The notes beneath the pieces are model-generated. The model saw only the letters and a program-made list of their open reading frames with translations. It did no database searches and was not told the origin of the DNA. Both the position numbers and the translations under genes were made by a program. This document shows, piece after piece, positions 24,444-38,100 of a stretch of DNA of 64,000 nt (positions within the stretch are counted from its first letter, which is position 1; every line of letters starts with the position of its first letter). The DNA comes from Balanoglossus misakiensis. Its lineage: Eukaryota; Animalia; Hemichordata. The stretch spans positions 8,293,413 through 8,357,412 of the forward strand of contig CM082581.2 in assembly GCA_040954595.2 (NCBI GenBank), read 5' to 3'.

Positions 24444-27240
24444 GAAATACTCCAAGTATTTTTCTTAATTTGTAAAAAACACGTTTGATACTGATGAGAG
24501 ATAATCTTCACACGGTTTCTTGCGCAGGTTGATATACCCTTTCATCGGGTGTATATGATCATAGCAACAATATTATGTTAGCATGAGGGGGACACAAATT
24601 GATGAAGTAAAAAAATCATTCAACTGTTAAAATACTTTCCCATGTCTGGTATGATGATAGCTCACGTCCTGTATGGATGAATTCGGCCATTATTAAGTTA
24701 CAAAAATATAAATCCTGAAAATTCCTGTCAATAAATCTAGATTGGCAAATCATATACTCCGCCCGAGGTATTGTCTGCGAAGATCGATCTTGCATCTAAT
24801 TCGACGCACCTTCTCGACGCGAGCTTCAAGTTGTCAGACTGCACAATGCGCGGGAAAACGGAGGGGGATAGCTTGAACTTAAGTCCGGCTGGGCCATTCT
24901 TGTCTGGTAAATACCTTCGCCGAGCGTTGCAGGCATTTTAATAATTCGGAGATCTACATCAGAATGCCTGAATGCAGATTCAAATTACTGCGGGATTTTA
25001 TTCAGTCTGTTGCAGTTTGTCACAATGGTGTTGGGTGACAGTTTTTTTCAAATAATGACACACGCGGACATGACAAATATTGATAGCGGCGTCGCGGATG
25101 CCATGCTTGACGTGAAAGCACCAGATTCCCTCAGTGTGTCTGTATTCTTCACAAATGATTAGGCTTGTGACCTGTACTATTTATGACGAAAGCAACTCTG
25201 AGATTACAGTCGCCTGGATTCAGGCTCCATAATAAGAGTGCAAAATACAAACGAACATATTGATCGGCGCCTTAATTTTTTTCCAGGGCTATAATGGCCG
25301 AAGATGGAACTGCTGATAGAGATAAATTAGACAGTAAAACACAATCTTCTAGTACCATTTTGTCGATTCGAAGGATGGTTGGGCGGTTAAAACCTGTGGG
25401 GCATGTTATTTAGCCACTTATGAAAGGAGAGTTTAGTTAACAAGGTGACCATGTACAATTAATTTACATCGTTATGTTTTTTGTGCTTTTGTGGATTTCT
25501 TCTGGATTTTACTTAAATCGGGAAGAAGGAATGAAACTTTGAACACATAAAATGACTAATTTGGAGTCATTTAAATGAGTTCTTGTCTGACGAGACTGGT
25601 GATGAATAAAATAAACTAAGAGTGCCATCATGAAGTAAACCTAAGACAGAAATATCTGCGATCGACCAGAGTTTCATCTTTTATCAAAAAACGTCATCTA
25701 CAGTCTGTACATTGAGCATAAACAAGCGATCACCTACATGTACTGTTATCCAATATGGCGCCAGCCTTGGCTCACCTGTGTATGACTGATTATCAGTATT
25801 CACTTGAAAAAGTTCTTATGCCTCTGTGTTTGAACTCCTGCTACAAAGCTACATATTACATGTTATGGTATAGGAAATAGGCCAATTTAACCCTAATTGC
25901 TGCAGTGTCTTTATTTTCACACCATTTCCTCGGCACGTTGCGGAAATGTAGAAGCCAGTTTCAATGTTTTGATAGATTTTCAGCTAAATATAATAAGATC
26001 TTATGCAAGATTCATGCAGTTTGGTTGGTTGGTCGGTTGGTACAAGCACAACAAACTGACGCAACATCGAAGCCCGCTAAAACGATTTATGTTCAAAAGG
26101 CCACATTTGCCTAATTGCTTAGTCTCTCTCTAAGTCAGTCTATATTTTTAAAATTAATGCAGCACTGATCACGTGGGTGAACGGTTGAGCTCCACAGACA
26201 TTTTTGACACCGCGACAGGCTGTGCAAACAACATTGTGTATGCGCGACCCAGTCAATTTCATAAACGCTTGTTATCAACTGAGAAATCTACAGGGACTTT
26301 CAACGTTGCACCAAGCATGACATTTAAACACGTTTATCTTGTCAGGCTATCGTATATATCCCTATTTAGAGGCCCTAATGGCCATGCAATTAACGCATGA
26401 TGCTTTTCATTTAATTTTTTACTGTCCATCTCTCAAATCGTAACGAGCGGCTTGTGATAAAGTAGAGACATTCTTTTGATAGCCGCAGTAGCAGAACAAC
26501 GTAGAAACGACGGACAGATGTAATTTAACGCGTTCGGAGAGATGCGTACCTCTGTTTGCACTCAGACTTAAAAAATCAGGAGATCGAAGAAATTTTCCCC
26601 GTGGTTTGCAGACGAGATGAGAAACTCGCACGTACGCACACAACAGCGGTTTCCGGCGGTGACGCGGCCTACAACTGTCATCGTGAGACCCGGATTTCTG
26701 TTAATAGAAAAGCCGTGTTCGGCCATCGAATTCAAATCGGATGAAAGTAAAAGACGATGCGCCGGGGATATTGACAGCGCTGGCAATACATCCTGTCTGG
26801 ATATTAACGCTCAACATTTCGCGTTGACACAGGACATCGCGGATGTTGTCTCGAGCCCACATGCAATTTCCTAAGTACACCGGCCAGTACATTTGCCATT
26901 TCAAATCGACCTTTTTCGAGCTGTGGGCGCGAAAGTCTAACAACGGTTAAATAAATATTTGACAAACGCTATGAAACGGTTTCATGGCTTCATTCAGAAT
27001 TGTTCAAGAATAGCTGGGTTTGATTGGCTGTCGCCTCTCAGACAACCAACACAAATGTTTGAGGTTGCTGTAAAAAGATGCGTGTTCCATTTGAACATTT
27101 AAAACTAACAACCCCCAATTAAGGGGGCGATGCACTTTAAATGGCGATGAAGCCAAAATATCTCACTTTTAGGAAAGTCGGTACGTTTCTGTTTAACTTA
27201 CACTTCTTGGAAACACATTTTCCAGAAAACCAAACCGCCA

Positions 27241-27410
27241 TTAAAGGTATACAGTCACCTCCAATTTACATACGCCCATATATGACTGAATGGCACATTT
27301 GAGCGTTCTAAAGAACATATGGTGGCGCTCTTTTTTCGCGTGTGACACCAACTGAAAATCTGTGATTGGCTAGATCTCAATGTGCCATGGTAACTATAGA
27401 TAATTGGTGG
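27241..27410 (-). mobile_element. Degenerate MITE-like dispersed repeat, copy B
   Basis: TTAA-AGGTATACAGTCACCT terminus; the internal part is homologous, inverted, to 12765-12840. Confidence 0.6.
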
Positions 27411-29542
27411 AAGTATAAAAAGTAGCAGGAAATTGGAATTTTGAAAGCAAGACTGTAGTCTCACAGACGATGTGACAAGAACACTCAAAGGGATAAAATG
27501 ATTCCGCATTATGTTCACGTCTCTTCGTCGTTTACGGGAACAAAACAGTAAATATTAACGAAATGCGCAGTTGGCCGTTTAATTGCACAACTGATCGTAT
27601 TTCCCATAAAAAGCAGGCCGTAAATTATCCAGACCCGACAAAAAGCATTAATTTACTGATCTTTGGTCCCCAAAAATGAAATATTTTCCTTGCTGGGTAT
27701 ATACGCAGCATGACGAAACAAATAAATTGTTCTACGATTCAAAAATAGCCGCGGTTTCCTTCGATCAGTGACAATGGGGAATGTGTAGCATCTTTGAGCA
27801 GTTGAAAGGGAAAGCAAACATGGGCATAAACATTAGTTTGGATAAGTAAGTTAATTGAACGCTAGGTCTGTGTTTGCTGACGCGGAGAACACGTTCTTCT
27901 TTGAGTGTGGCTTGTCACAGATATAGAGATTTGCTCTCCCCGTTGAACCATCAAGCATCAAAAACGATGTACACATATGCACATCGTTGAGTAAAATGCA
28001 TGTGCATCGATCATGCTTAGCAAGGAGGTTTTCAAACACGAACTTCACGTGTACAAATTGGCTTTGCACACGAGATGGTCAACATTATTTATGCAATATC
28101 TTAGACTGGAGTATCCGCTACATACGCGAAATTGATAGAATTGTCTGAAGTGACAGCTACCATCCTTTACAAGCGGAGGGATGTCATTTGAAAGTTGATT
28201 TACACCTGTCTTCTGTGATTTGAGAAAAACAACACTCTTCATCAATTACCCTTCACCCTCTCCCAGTGACGCCATCATCCACTGCATGAATCTGTGTTTT
28301 TTTTTTCTTTATTCCCAGTTTCCATCATCCCCTCTGGATGGCATCGACACTTCTATCAATACCGTGCCATTTCCTGATTGAATCGGGTTAAATGAAGCTG
28401 ACCTTCTCGATAACAGTTGGGGATTTGACTTATTAGGCACCTTATCTTGCTTACGTAAAGTGGGTCAATGCGGCACCAGCGGACAAGATCAATCACCGCG
28501 CGCCGTGCACCTGATAAACGAGCCCGGTTAAGGTCGTAACTCGCGAGTCGCGTGAATTACGACGGAGTCCGGGTGAAAGTCAATCAAGTATTGTTGTCAC
28601 GTCACAGCGGGGAAAGAATTGATGATGCTCCGGCTAATTGGTGTGACCAAGCGTGGAATTCATTAGTCCTGCTACTAAAACGTTTGTCTTTCTTAGTCAT
28701 TGCCTCATGATGATTAAGTACGGTCTAAAGTCACGTTCTACGGTGACACACTTGTTAAACGCGGCAGGCATGGCACGGCAGGTGCGAGGAGCCGCCGCTT
28801 TATGGATGGACACAAACCTGGATTTTTTTCCGCAGAAGAGTTTCTACAACGCCCCCGCAAAAATGCATCGCGTGCAAAATGATGGAACATGTCTTCGATG
28901 TTGGGATTTGTAAACATGCTGCGACTGGTTCAAAGCAGTTACACTCAAAGTAAACACGTGAGCATAAATTTGCCTTATGGAAATATTAATTCCTTTGAGA
29001 GATTATTCAATACGAATTTAATTAAACGCTGCAATTCTGGATCTTTTTAGAAAATGTAAGGTCGCTGTGTGCTAGTATTTCTGTAACACGACAGACACTT
29101 ATTGACTGACTGTTGTCCGAGGGAGGTTAGATTATTTTGAGTATATCTGACCATCCTTGCGTCCATCCTTCTGTTAGAACGTCTGAACCGCTTTCATTCA
29201 TCACGACCATCTACGCGAAATCTCCACGGTTCTGAATTGTCCTGAATTCGCATGGAGAACTGGACTCCCTGTTCAGACTCTCAATATCTCTCAAGATAAC
29301 CCTATAGGATATATATCTTTTCACAATTCTGTTTACCGTGTCCAATTTGAGTCACACGCAATGAAGTGTAATTTGTTCGCGCTGGAAATAGCCCTTAATA
29401 TAGATTAATTTGTCTTGTTACGATTTCTGACACTCAGGAAACACCAAGGCAGTTACTTTTCCGAACATTAATATACATCGACGGAATCTTTGCCGCTGCA
29501 ACTGCTTGTATCATTTCCCACACACACACGCACTCAATGTTC

Positions 29543-29593
29543 ATTTCAGATCGTCATATATTTCTGTGTTTATTTCAGATCGTCATATATTTC
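29543..29593. repeat. Short direct duplication ATTTCAGATCGTCATATATTTC x2
   Basis: Directly visible. Confidence 0.75.
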
Positions 29594-32028
29594 AACCACG
29601 ATACATTTGGGCTTAGGTCGCCCAATTTCACGCATCAGTGAATATCGCCTCGCTAATAAACTTGCTTCTCAATGACTTCTGTATTTATCTGGCTGTAATA
29701 TTTTGGCCATTGATCCGTGTCGGAACCCACTTAACCCCACTGCATTATGCGTAATGAACGCTTCGACTTCCTAACCAATGGTAACACTGTGGTTTCGATT
29801 TAAAGATTTTGGCCTTGCATGAAATTGATGGCCACCTGTTAACACACAATATCAAAATTAATATAATTGGTGGTTAGATATTAATGAACTCTGCCCTTTC
29901 TTACTAAGTGGCTTGAAGTTCCCTATGGATTTACACAATACAAAAATAAGTATTGATTTCTGACTCTGTTATACTTGACAATCTTCTTACAAGAGGGGAC
30001 TGCGTCATTAACGATGACGTACTTTCTCATGAAACCGTCCACTCTGATTTTACTGTCGCTCCATATTCGCCATCACTGCAGACTTTGATAAAGTGAATTA
30101 CATATACTGACCCAATCCAATTATGTCTCAGGAAATTGTTTTAATTGTTCCATCAATGTTTTAAATAGTCACATTTGAACTGGAATGAATTATATCTTTT
30201 AACAGTGTCATATGTACAGGTACAGTGGTACATGTATCCGGCAAAACTGTCCAGCTATGATTGTTAGAAACACGCGTTTATTCTCGATGCTAATAACAAT
30301 TGCGGTGCAATATTTAATCCGCATATTCTCCATTCAGCGCATCGCGAACTTATGATACCTTGATGTACACAATGCCAGAATAATAACCAAATCCGTTATT
30401 TCAGAAGAGGATTAAATGCAAACCACATGTACAGAAATGAGCAGTGTCTCCCATAAAGAGAGCACGGTAACCCTTGGCCGTGTGGTTGGGATGAGACTTC
30501 AGGCAAGGCGACTAAATCAACAATTCGATGATTGTCAATCAGATCTTTTTTTTCCTAAGCTTTCACATCGAACTGGTCAAGCTACCAACCGACAAGCTGA
30601 CGACGCAAATACTGCGACGCCATACTTGACATTGTTGATGGTCCGTCATAATTGCAATCGTGGGAATAAAGCAAACAAAGACACCGGAAAATAATTCTCC
30701 CCGGAATACCTGCTATGGCTGCATCGTTTTTATTGAAAGAGAGAATCAATTATTTCAATGGAGGATCATGGCGCGTTATTGTCTGCAGGCAATCGGATTC
30801 AATGAACCTTTTCTTTCATTATTGACACACTAAACACGGGTGTCATGTTTGATAATATATTATCGTCGCTGCCATGGAGACCCGAGCTAACTGAATGAAA
30901 CATATTTCCCTCATTGAACAAAATGTGCTGGAGCCTTCTCTGTAATTTTTAATAAAGACATTTCCTAGATACATCGGGGGTTGAGTTAAAATCATGATAC
31001 GTCAATGTCATTTAGATATTCATTGTTTTCCAAATGCACAAAATCATGTTCAGAATTTATTTGCGATCATTTTCTTTCATCCCCCAAAGCGCAGGCTGAA
31101 TTTAAAGAGACGCGCAGAGAAGCTATGTCTCAATTTACGATATTTCCATCACTTAAAATACAATGCATAAGTCAGCACGCAGGGATTAATAGCCACCGTA
31201 TACAGCGATGTATGATTTACCGTTAGTTCGACAAAAAAAGAAAATAAATTACCGTCCTTGCTGAATATACAGTTTAATTGATGACTGAATAACAAACCTT
31301 TATACCTCAGATAATTTAGTAGCTTGTACAATAAATTAAATGCACACCACAAGCTCGCAACGAATGGCTATAGCAGGTTGTCACAGAACATTTGTGAAAG
31401 TGGTGAAGGTAAATTGTGCCATAAGCTACTTATATTCAAGGCATCTACATTACACTGACCTTTGACCTCTTTGAAAGTGTGACAATAAAAATGACAAAGG
31501 TCTGTAAAATCTCCTATAATTTCTCAGCAATATGCTCCCACTCTGCATTACAATGAAGTGTATCGCTATGTCCGTAGCTGGTATGCGTGTATTCATTCGC
31601 AATTAAATGAGATTTAACTTGCACAATTAACCCACTGAACATTTCATAAGGGTATCCAGAGTCGAACCAGAAACCGGAGTTGATATATAGGAGAAGAATA
31701 CTGGAAAAATTGTCACAAGTTAGAGATACTGGGGCTTTAAACTCAGAAGATGAAATAAAAACATTCTACTGGGATTATCGACAAGGGATGAATGTCCACT
31801 AACAGAATGGTTTTAGTCTAATTTTAATCCCTGAAATTAAGGCCATTTTAATTGATACGTGCCAATGCAACATTTGAAATGTGCTCATCGAATTCCAAAC
31901 ACGTATGCACATTACATTCGATTGTGTTTTCATTACGTATTCACAAGGGCACATTTACTTGAAATGCTAATCTTCTTTGGTAGTAGTGATACTTCATTGT
32001 CCTAAATTAATACACATCGACGGAGAAC

Positions 32029-32106
32029 ACATCCATCCATCCATCCATCCCTCCATCCATCCATCCATCCATGCAGACAGATAGACAGACAGACAGACAG
32101 ACAGAC
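32029..32106. repeat. Compound microsatellite (ATCC)n-(AGAC)n
   Basis: Directly visible. Confidence 0.92.
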
Positions 32107-35100
32107 ATGTACATATTGCCCGGTTTACTGATCTGTACGAATCTTCGTTTGATTACTGAAATTTACTTCAAAGGAATGGTGATTATATGATGTCTTAAGT
32201 TATTATCTCGTATGTCGGCTGACACGACAGCCACCTTCAAACCTCCGTTCAAATTGCCAATCAAGTTAGTGACAGAGCATCACACAAGCGTCTCCATATT
32301 CCGATTAACGGCATATTGTAAAAGGGCACTTCTGGTGTCAGGTTGCGCAGTGCAATTTGCTTTCACGCGCACACATCCACGTCAGGTGAAGTCGCATGGT
32401 GCCCAACATAATCAAGTCTACGGTCAGAGGTCAAATCAGACTATGCAATTTCAATATTAGGGGAAAAATACCTACTTAACATGTCTCTTATACATGTTGT
32501 GACATCCAAAAGTTTTTGTTCGGAGCAGACATAATCGGGATGATTACCTTGTACATGTATGGTTCTTAATACTCGGAATCAGGGCTGTAGCCTAAACTTA
32601 TTGTCGGGGGGGGGCGAGGCGGGGGGGGGACCAGTGACCAGATCATGTTTCGTCTGATTTGCAAATAATTTACGTATATTTGCATTTGTTAGCATGCAGC
32701 TATATGCAGCAAAAATATAAGATAAACTGAGACCATTTTGTCGAAACTGGCATACGTCACTAGGGCATAGGAAAGGGGTCACAAAGCCTAATAGCACATC
32801 GCAATTAGTGCCAGTTGTAATATTTCTCTCGATTCCCCGAAACGACTAATAAAATGCGTTTTCAATGCATTTTTTGCTATGTGATCGACAACAATGTGAA
32901 CGGGGAAATTACAAACATCTTTCGAATAGTTGATATAGATACTGAAAGAACCATGGTCAAAATAAACACTTTCCACTTAAAATTTAATAAAACGCTCACA
33001 TAATGGGCAAGTGACGGTGATTTGGATGTTATTTTAATTGATCGTGAAGTACACATGTAATATAGTCTTTACAAGCGTGATAACAGCAAACTGAAACATG
33101 GTGACTGGTACCTTACTGCAACCAAATCACAGTGTCTTGTTCAAATAGCCAATTTGATGTGATAGTGCACGTTACCCTATAGAGTTCACGGATAACAATA
33201 CCAGATACCATATTCCGATTTCTAAAGATTTAATTGACAGACACGTGGCCAGCTCTACGACACTGTGCATTTCGAGGCCTCCCTTGACTCCGAAAAACAA
33301 TCTTCAGAAACGTCGTAAAATGCACTCGGAATTGCAAAATACCAGTGCATGTGAGCGTTGTAAAGTTGTACACGTTCCGCCATTTTGCTTTATGGCGTGT
33401 CTGACTGTGAACGGTTGATAGCGGGCGGCACTGTTTATTCCTGTTTTAATGTATAGGAGGGAATTGCCGTCTGCTGGGGATTGCCATGGCACCGCGTGAG
33501 TGCGGCGACCAGCTGCGATCCATCTTTTCACCCGAATAACCAGTTACCGCCGCTGTGGATTTTGAAACGTGTCGGAGTATTTTGAGGGACAATTCCTTCA
33601 ATCGTCCGTCCTTTCAAATCTTTTGTAGCGCTCTACTTGTATCATAGCGGCGTGTCGATAAAATGTGCCAGACCGACCGGCTTTCTGTACTAGAATCGAT
33701 ACAGAGCTGCAGAGTGTACCAAGCTAATTTTACTTTCAAAGTTTTCCCGACGCTTGGAAAAAAGCGCTGTAACAAACATCGCCAGATTTTATTGAGCAAA
33801 GATTCGCGAGCCTCCCGAGTTATGTGCAAGGCAGATTCCCTGTTGTGTTTATGACAAATGCCATTATGCAAACTGCACATTCTACCTAACGACCAAATGC
33901 GGGCGATTGATCAATTCTGCATAATTCTACTTCATTGGTCACGGTATGTGAATGTCATCTCTGGTCGCCAGTTAAAAAGAGATTTCAAAATTGATTTCAT
34001 CACTGTGCATTCACCTTTGGGGCTCTCAGAAGAAACCTTATACGTAAGGGCTGCAGATGCAGAAACAGACCGGTACGAAAAATGAACAGACGCATGTACT
34101 GGTATACGTGAAAGGTGTTATTAGACATCATCTCGAGGACAGATAGGCAAAGGACAGTGACGGATATTGACAAAAGACTGCCCGACAGTCAAACTGAAGA
34201 CAACAGTCAGCGTCAAAAAGACGCCATGCCCGAATGCGACAAACGGAAGTAACTTGGCACGCAGGGCTAACCTTCACCCAAGGACAGGACGACAATCGGG
34301 ACACGGAAATGACATATTTGGGGCATTCAGACGCAGGTCTTTGTACCCGACGTTGTCCACGGCAGTGCAAGTCTAAACACAAGCCTCGGTGAACAGGAAA
34401 TGCAAGCGAGGATAGCTGTCAGTCGCGTGGCAAAGTTCAGTCAGGCAGATGTACCGATTGCAGAGTCCCTCAATTGAACTGTCAAAAGCTGGTAATATCA
34501 CATGACCGATAACGTCATTTAAAGCCAAGCGTTTGTGACACCGCGCGGCCTTGCCTTGCTTTTAGTGCTTAAACACCCGGATGACGCCTGTACGTTAAAG
34601 TGATACGTCACTCAATTGATCGAATGTGAAACCTGTGTATCAAGTACATCTGCAAGTTTGGGAAATCTGAGACTATGGGATTCTTCCTTTGGTAACGTTT
34701 TTCAGCCTGTACCATTCGCGTGAATAGAAAACCTTGGAATAATCATTGTATTTCGTGACTGTTGAAAGTAAACAATTGCAAAATTCGTCAGCTACTACAT
34801 AAAGCGGCATTTTCTTATCGTGAAAATGTAACTTTTCGCGTAGATTTTTATTTTTCTCTCACAAAAGCCCCATAACATAAAGTGCTATGTGTGAAGCTGG
34901 ACCGCTTTATCCAACACTTTGCAACCGACGCGTTCGTTTGCACGCAAGCCTGACGTATGTTAAAGGTGCCGCTTGCTATTAGAACCTATTTAAATCAATG
35001 TACCCGCGAATTGGTTAAATTAGTAGAAGTTTTTTAATATGGATTCTGGAAGGTGACGGGGGTTTATGAAAGAAAACTCTTAATGATCTAACTGGAGACC

Positions 35101-38100
35101 AATTTTCGTAACCGCGCTGTTTTGTGCTGTAATTTCAAACTAGTTTGTTCTGGAAACGTTGATGTATACGTGTATGATTAGAGGGTCCTACTTTACGGCT
35201 TGCGTGATAATTTTTGTTCTCTCGGGAATAATGATTACTTGTCACTGAGATACAATCAATATTTTCGAGAGATGTGAATATCATGTATACCATAAAGTCT
35301 CAGCCGATCTAAATTTTGCACCGGGTATAGGCACTTCCGTATCAAAAGCGTACTGTTTCAAATCGATAAGAAGCGTGCGCAGTAGTGGACTATTGTTGTT
35401 TTTGCCGGAGTGTTCTTTCAAAGCGAAGGGCACCGTCTATGTTTAAACTATTTGGCGAAAATTGTGCAAAGAGTCGTCAGTCCAGACAGATCTTCGTTTA
35501 ATAATCATCTTGTTCGAAGTCAAACAAATGAGTCACACTCTATCAATACACCGTTTCAATTGCAAGTGGAACGCATTTCATCTAAGCCATCTAACAACAA
35601 CCGCAGACTACACTCTCTCTGACACCCGCCTTGTGGCCGTCGGGGTCTGCCCGCAGGGTAAAACCTCTTACGGAACAAAACACAGTGTGAATCACCAACA
35701 GTGACGATATTTCATACTCCAAATCTAGATCAGCACATTGCACTTTCAATTAACCCTCGCGTTACAAAGTTTACGTCAAAAATATGACACATGGCCGGCA
35801 TTAATCCTAAGTCGTTAGAGGCTTCCGTCAAAAGATGTGCGAATCTACAGTTTTCTAAATAGCATCGAGTTGATTTATCTGTGTCAGTCACTACTGGCTC
35901 ACAGTAAATCAATTATCGCACTACCGCAGTTGCTGTTTTTCGAAAATAAAACATTCTACTTGTCCAGCAGAAAATAAATTTCTCTGTCAGCAGAAATACT
36001 TCCTTTTGTAAAACTCACATTCCCAGTTGCCGATGGTTATCTTTGGAGGGTATCAAATGCAGGCGTTATTTGCAAATGGCGTGATTTGTACTGTATGTGC
36101 GTTACATATGCCCCAGTTAATCACACTAACGCGCGATCTTTCGCAGAATAAACAAAGTTATCGCCTGTGTCATATTCGACAAAATTTATTACCGGACTGT
36201 ACCTGTACTCAATAGAGCAACGGCCGAAAACAACTTTTATATAAACCACTTCGTTTCTTGACGTCATAAACTTAGTAAGTTGATGAAAGCAACTTGTTAA
36301 GTAAACAGAAATCTTTCCATCGTTTTCCAACTCGCCGATGACTTATTGCTGGATAATGCATTCAGTTTTTTTTACTCTACTGAAGTATTGCGAAGCTTTG
36401 CAATCATTCAAAACCGTATTGCATGATTATATTTTCATGGAATTTTGCAATGCAGGCTCGCATCTGGATTAGCTTGGTGTTTTCTTTGCGTTCCACTCAT
36501 TTCTATGAGAAGTATTTTTAGTGTTCATGTTATTGGTGATTTATCCATATTGTATGTGCATCCACTAATTATATCAGAAAAAATTACAATTTTCATAGCG
36601 ATTAAATAGTCCTCTATGAATAACTAAATATACGACGATAATGACGACGACGACGATGATGATGGAGATATTGTCTCGTATTCATGAAACGTTGGTACAA
36701 GTGGTAGAAAAAGAAGTGAATTGCACATTAGTAACATTACTTCAGAATTTTTGTCATCTTACGCCCGATCAGTTGAACGTTGCATTTTCATCGACGCCGA
36801 GTCAGATGGAATGTGATTTTGAGAGCGCATTAATTGTACGTCACTTTCGTCTACGTAATGCCCGCTCGGATTACTCAAGTTATGCAGATATGACGTCACA
36901 AGCTTGCAGCCACAGAAGACAACCCCCTGAGATTGTTTAGAGAGCTGCCATTTTTGTGTTAAAAATAGTTTCCCTCATTTTAGTGCATATGATGTAGCAC
37001 GCCAGATTGACAACATTCGTCCTGAATTATTATGCAATCTAGTACACTTGATATCAATTTATTACCACGACACATCTATTCTGATACATTATTCTATAGT
37101 CAAGTTCTCATATGAATTTACCACTTCCCTAAAATGCCATGCGCCGTTTCATTTAAATTAATTTGGGGTTTGTTGGATTACGCGAGAAGTAAGAGGTATG
37201 CCATTAAGTGACATATAGCCATCATGATTTTTCTAGAAGATAAACAAATAATGGATAAAGAACCAAAGCTTATCTAGTGACATCGCATTCACCAATTAAT
37301 CAACTCCTTTTATTCTCGGTACCTCGAAAACTTCAACATGTATTTATCGGTAAAAAAGTGACGTGTTATCAGCTGGGGTGGCACGTTTAAGAGAAAACGT
37401 GAGGTATCACAAACAACATTTCTGCCATTAGAGCGATTATTTTCTGACATTTCGAAATGCACCTGAAGACCTGCTTATGATCAAGATAAACTACGGGCGC
37501 AGTTGTCGCCGCCAGGGTCATTCGTCTTCCTGGCATTCCCCATCTACAAATGAACAGATATTGGGGATGGTTCCGAGTACGTGAGGTTAAAATTGTCAAA
37601 AGGTGTTATTTTTGAAAGTATCCATTAATAGCGAGGGCGCGCGGCCTTCGTCGGAAATTATCAACTGTTCCCCGCACAACAACCATGCTTTGCGTGCAAA
37701 CACGTTTTGAAATGAACGTGGGACAATCCAGACATAGCCTCAAACAGGCAATGACAACTCGTTTTCTGTAAATGGCTCATACGGATGGCCAACGTGAGAC
37801 CAAAATACGGTAATTCTAGGACTGACTGCATCAGGGATGTGCCACTCTATTAAAGAATGTTGTCATTAACTCACCAGAGAACCTCCTGATGAGCGCAAAC
37901 TGCGACCACTTAATAAAGCCCTACTCATCTTTAACTGCAGTGCGTGTGGTTCTGTGAACGTGGCTTGGAGACCACTTAAAAAGACTCTATTTTGAAGAAT
38001 GGGCTCTAATTGGCCTTGTTCAGACGGTCATACAGACCTCATGGTGTACCTGGCTCGCGAAAGAGAACCGTTTCCAGCTTTCTGATTGGTGGAAAGGTCT

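Noticed and set aside
32579-32630. G-rich tract as a G-quadruplex or hAT element end
   Set aside because: Short poly-G runs only; no matching opposite terminus or target-site duplication found.
37875-37928. Minus-strand mini-exon MSRALLSGRSLRSSGGSL|gtgagt as first exon of paralog 1
   Set aside because: The phase-0 donor is incompatible with the phase-1 acceptor of exon 2, and the peptide is not hydrophobic.
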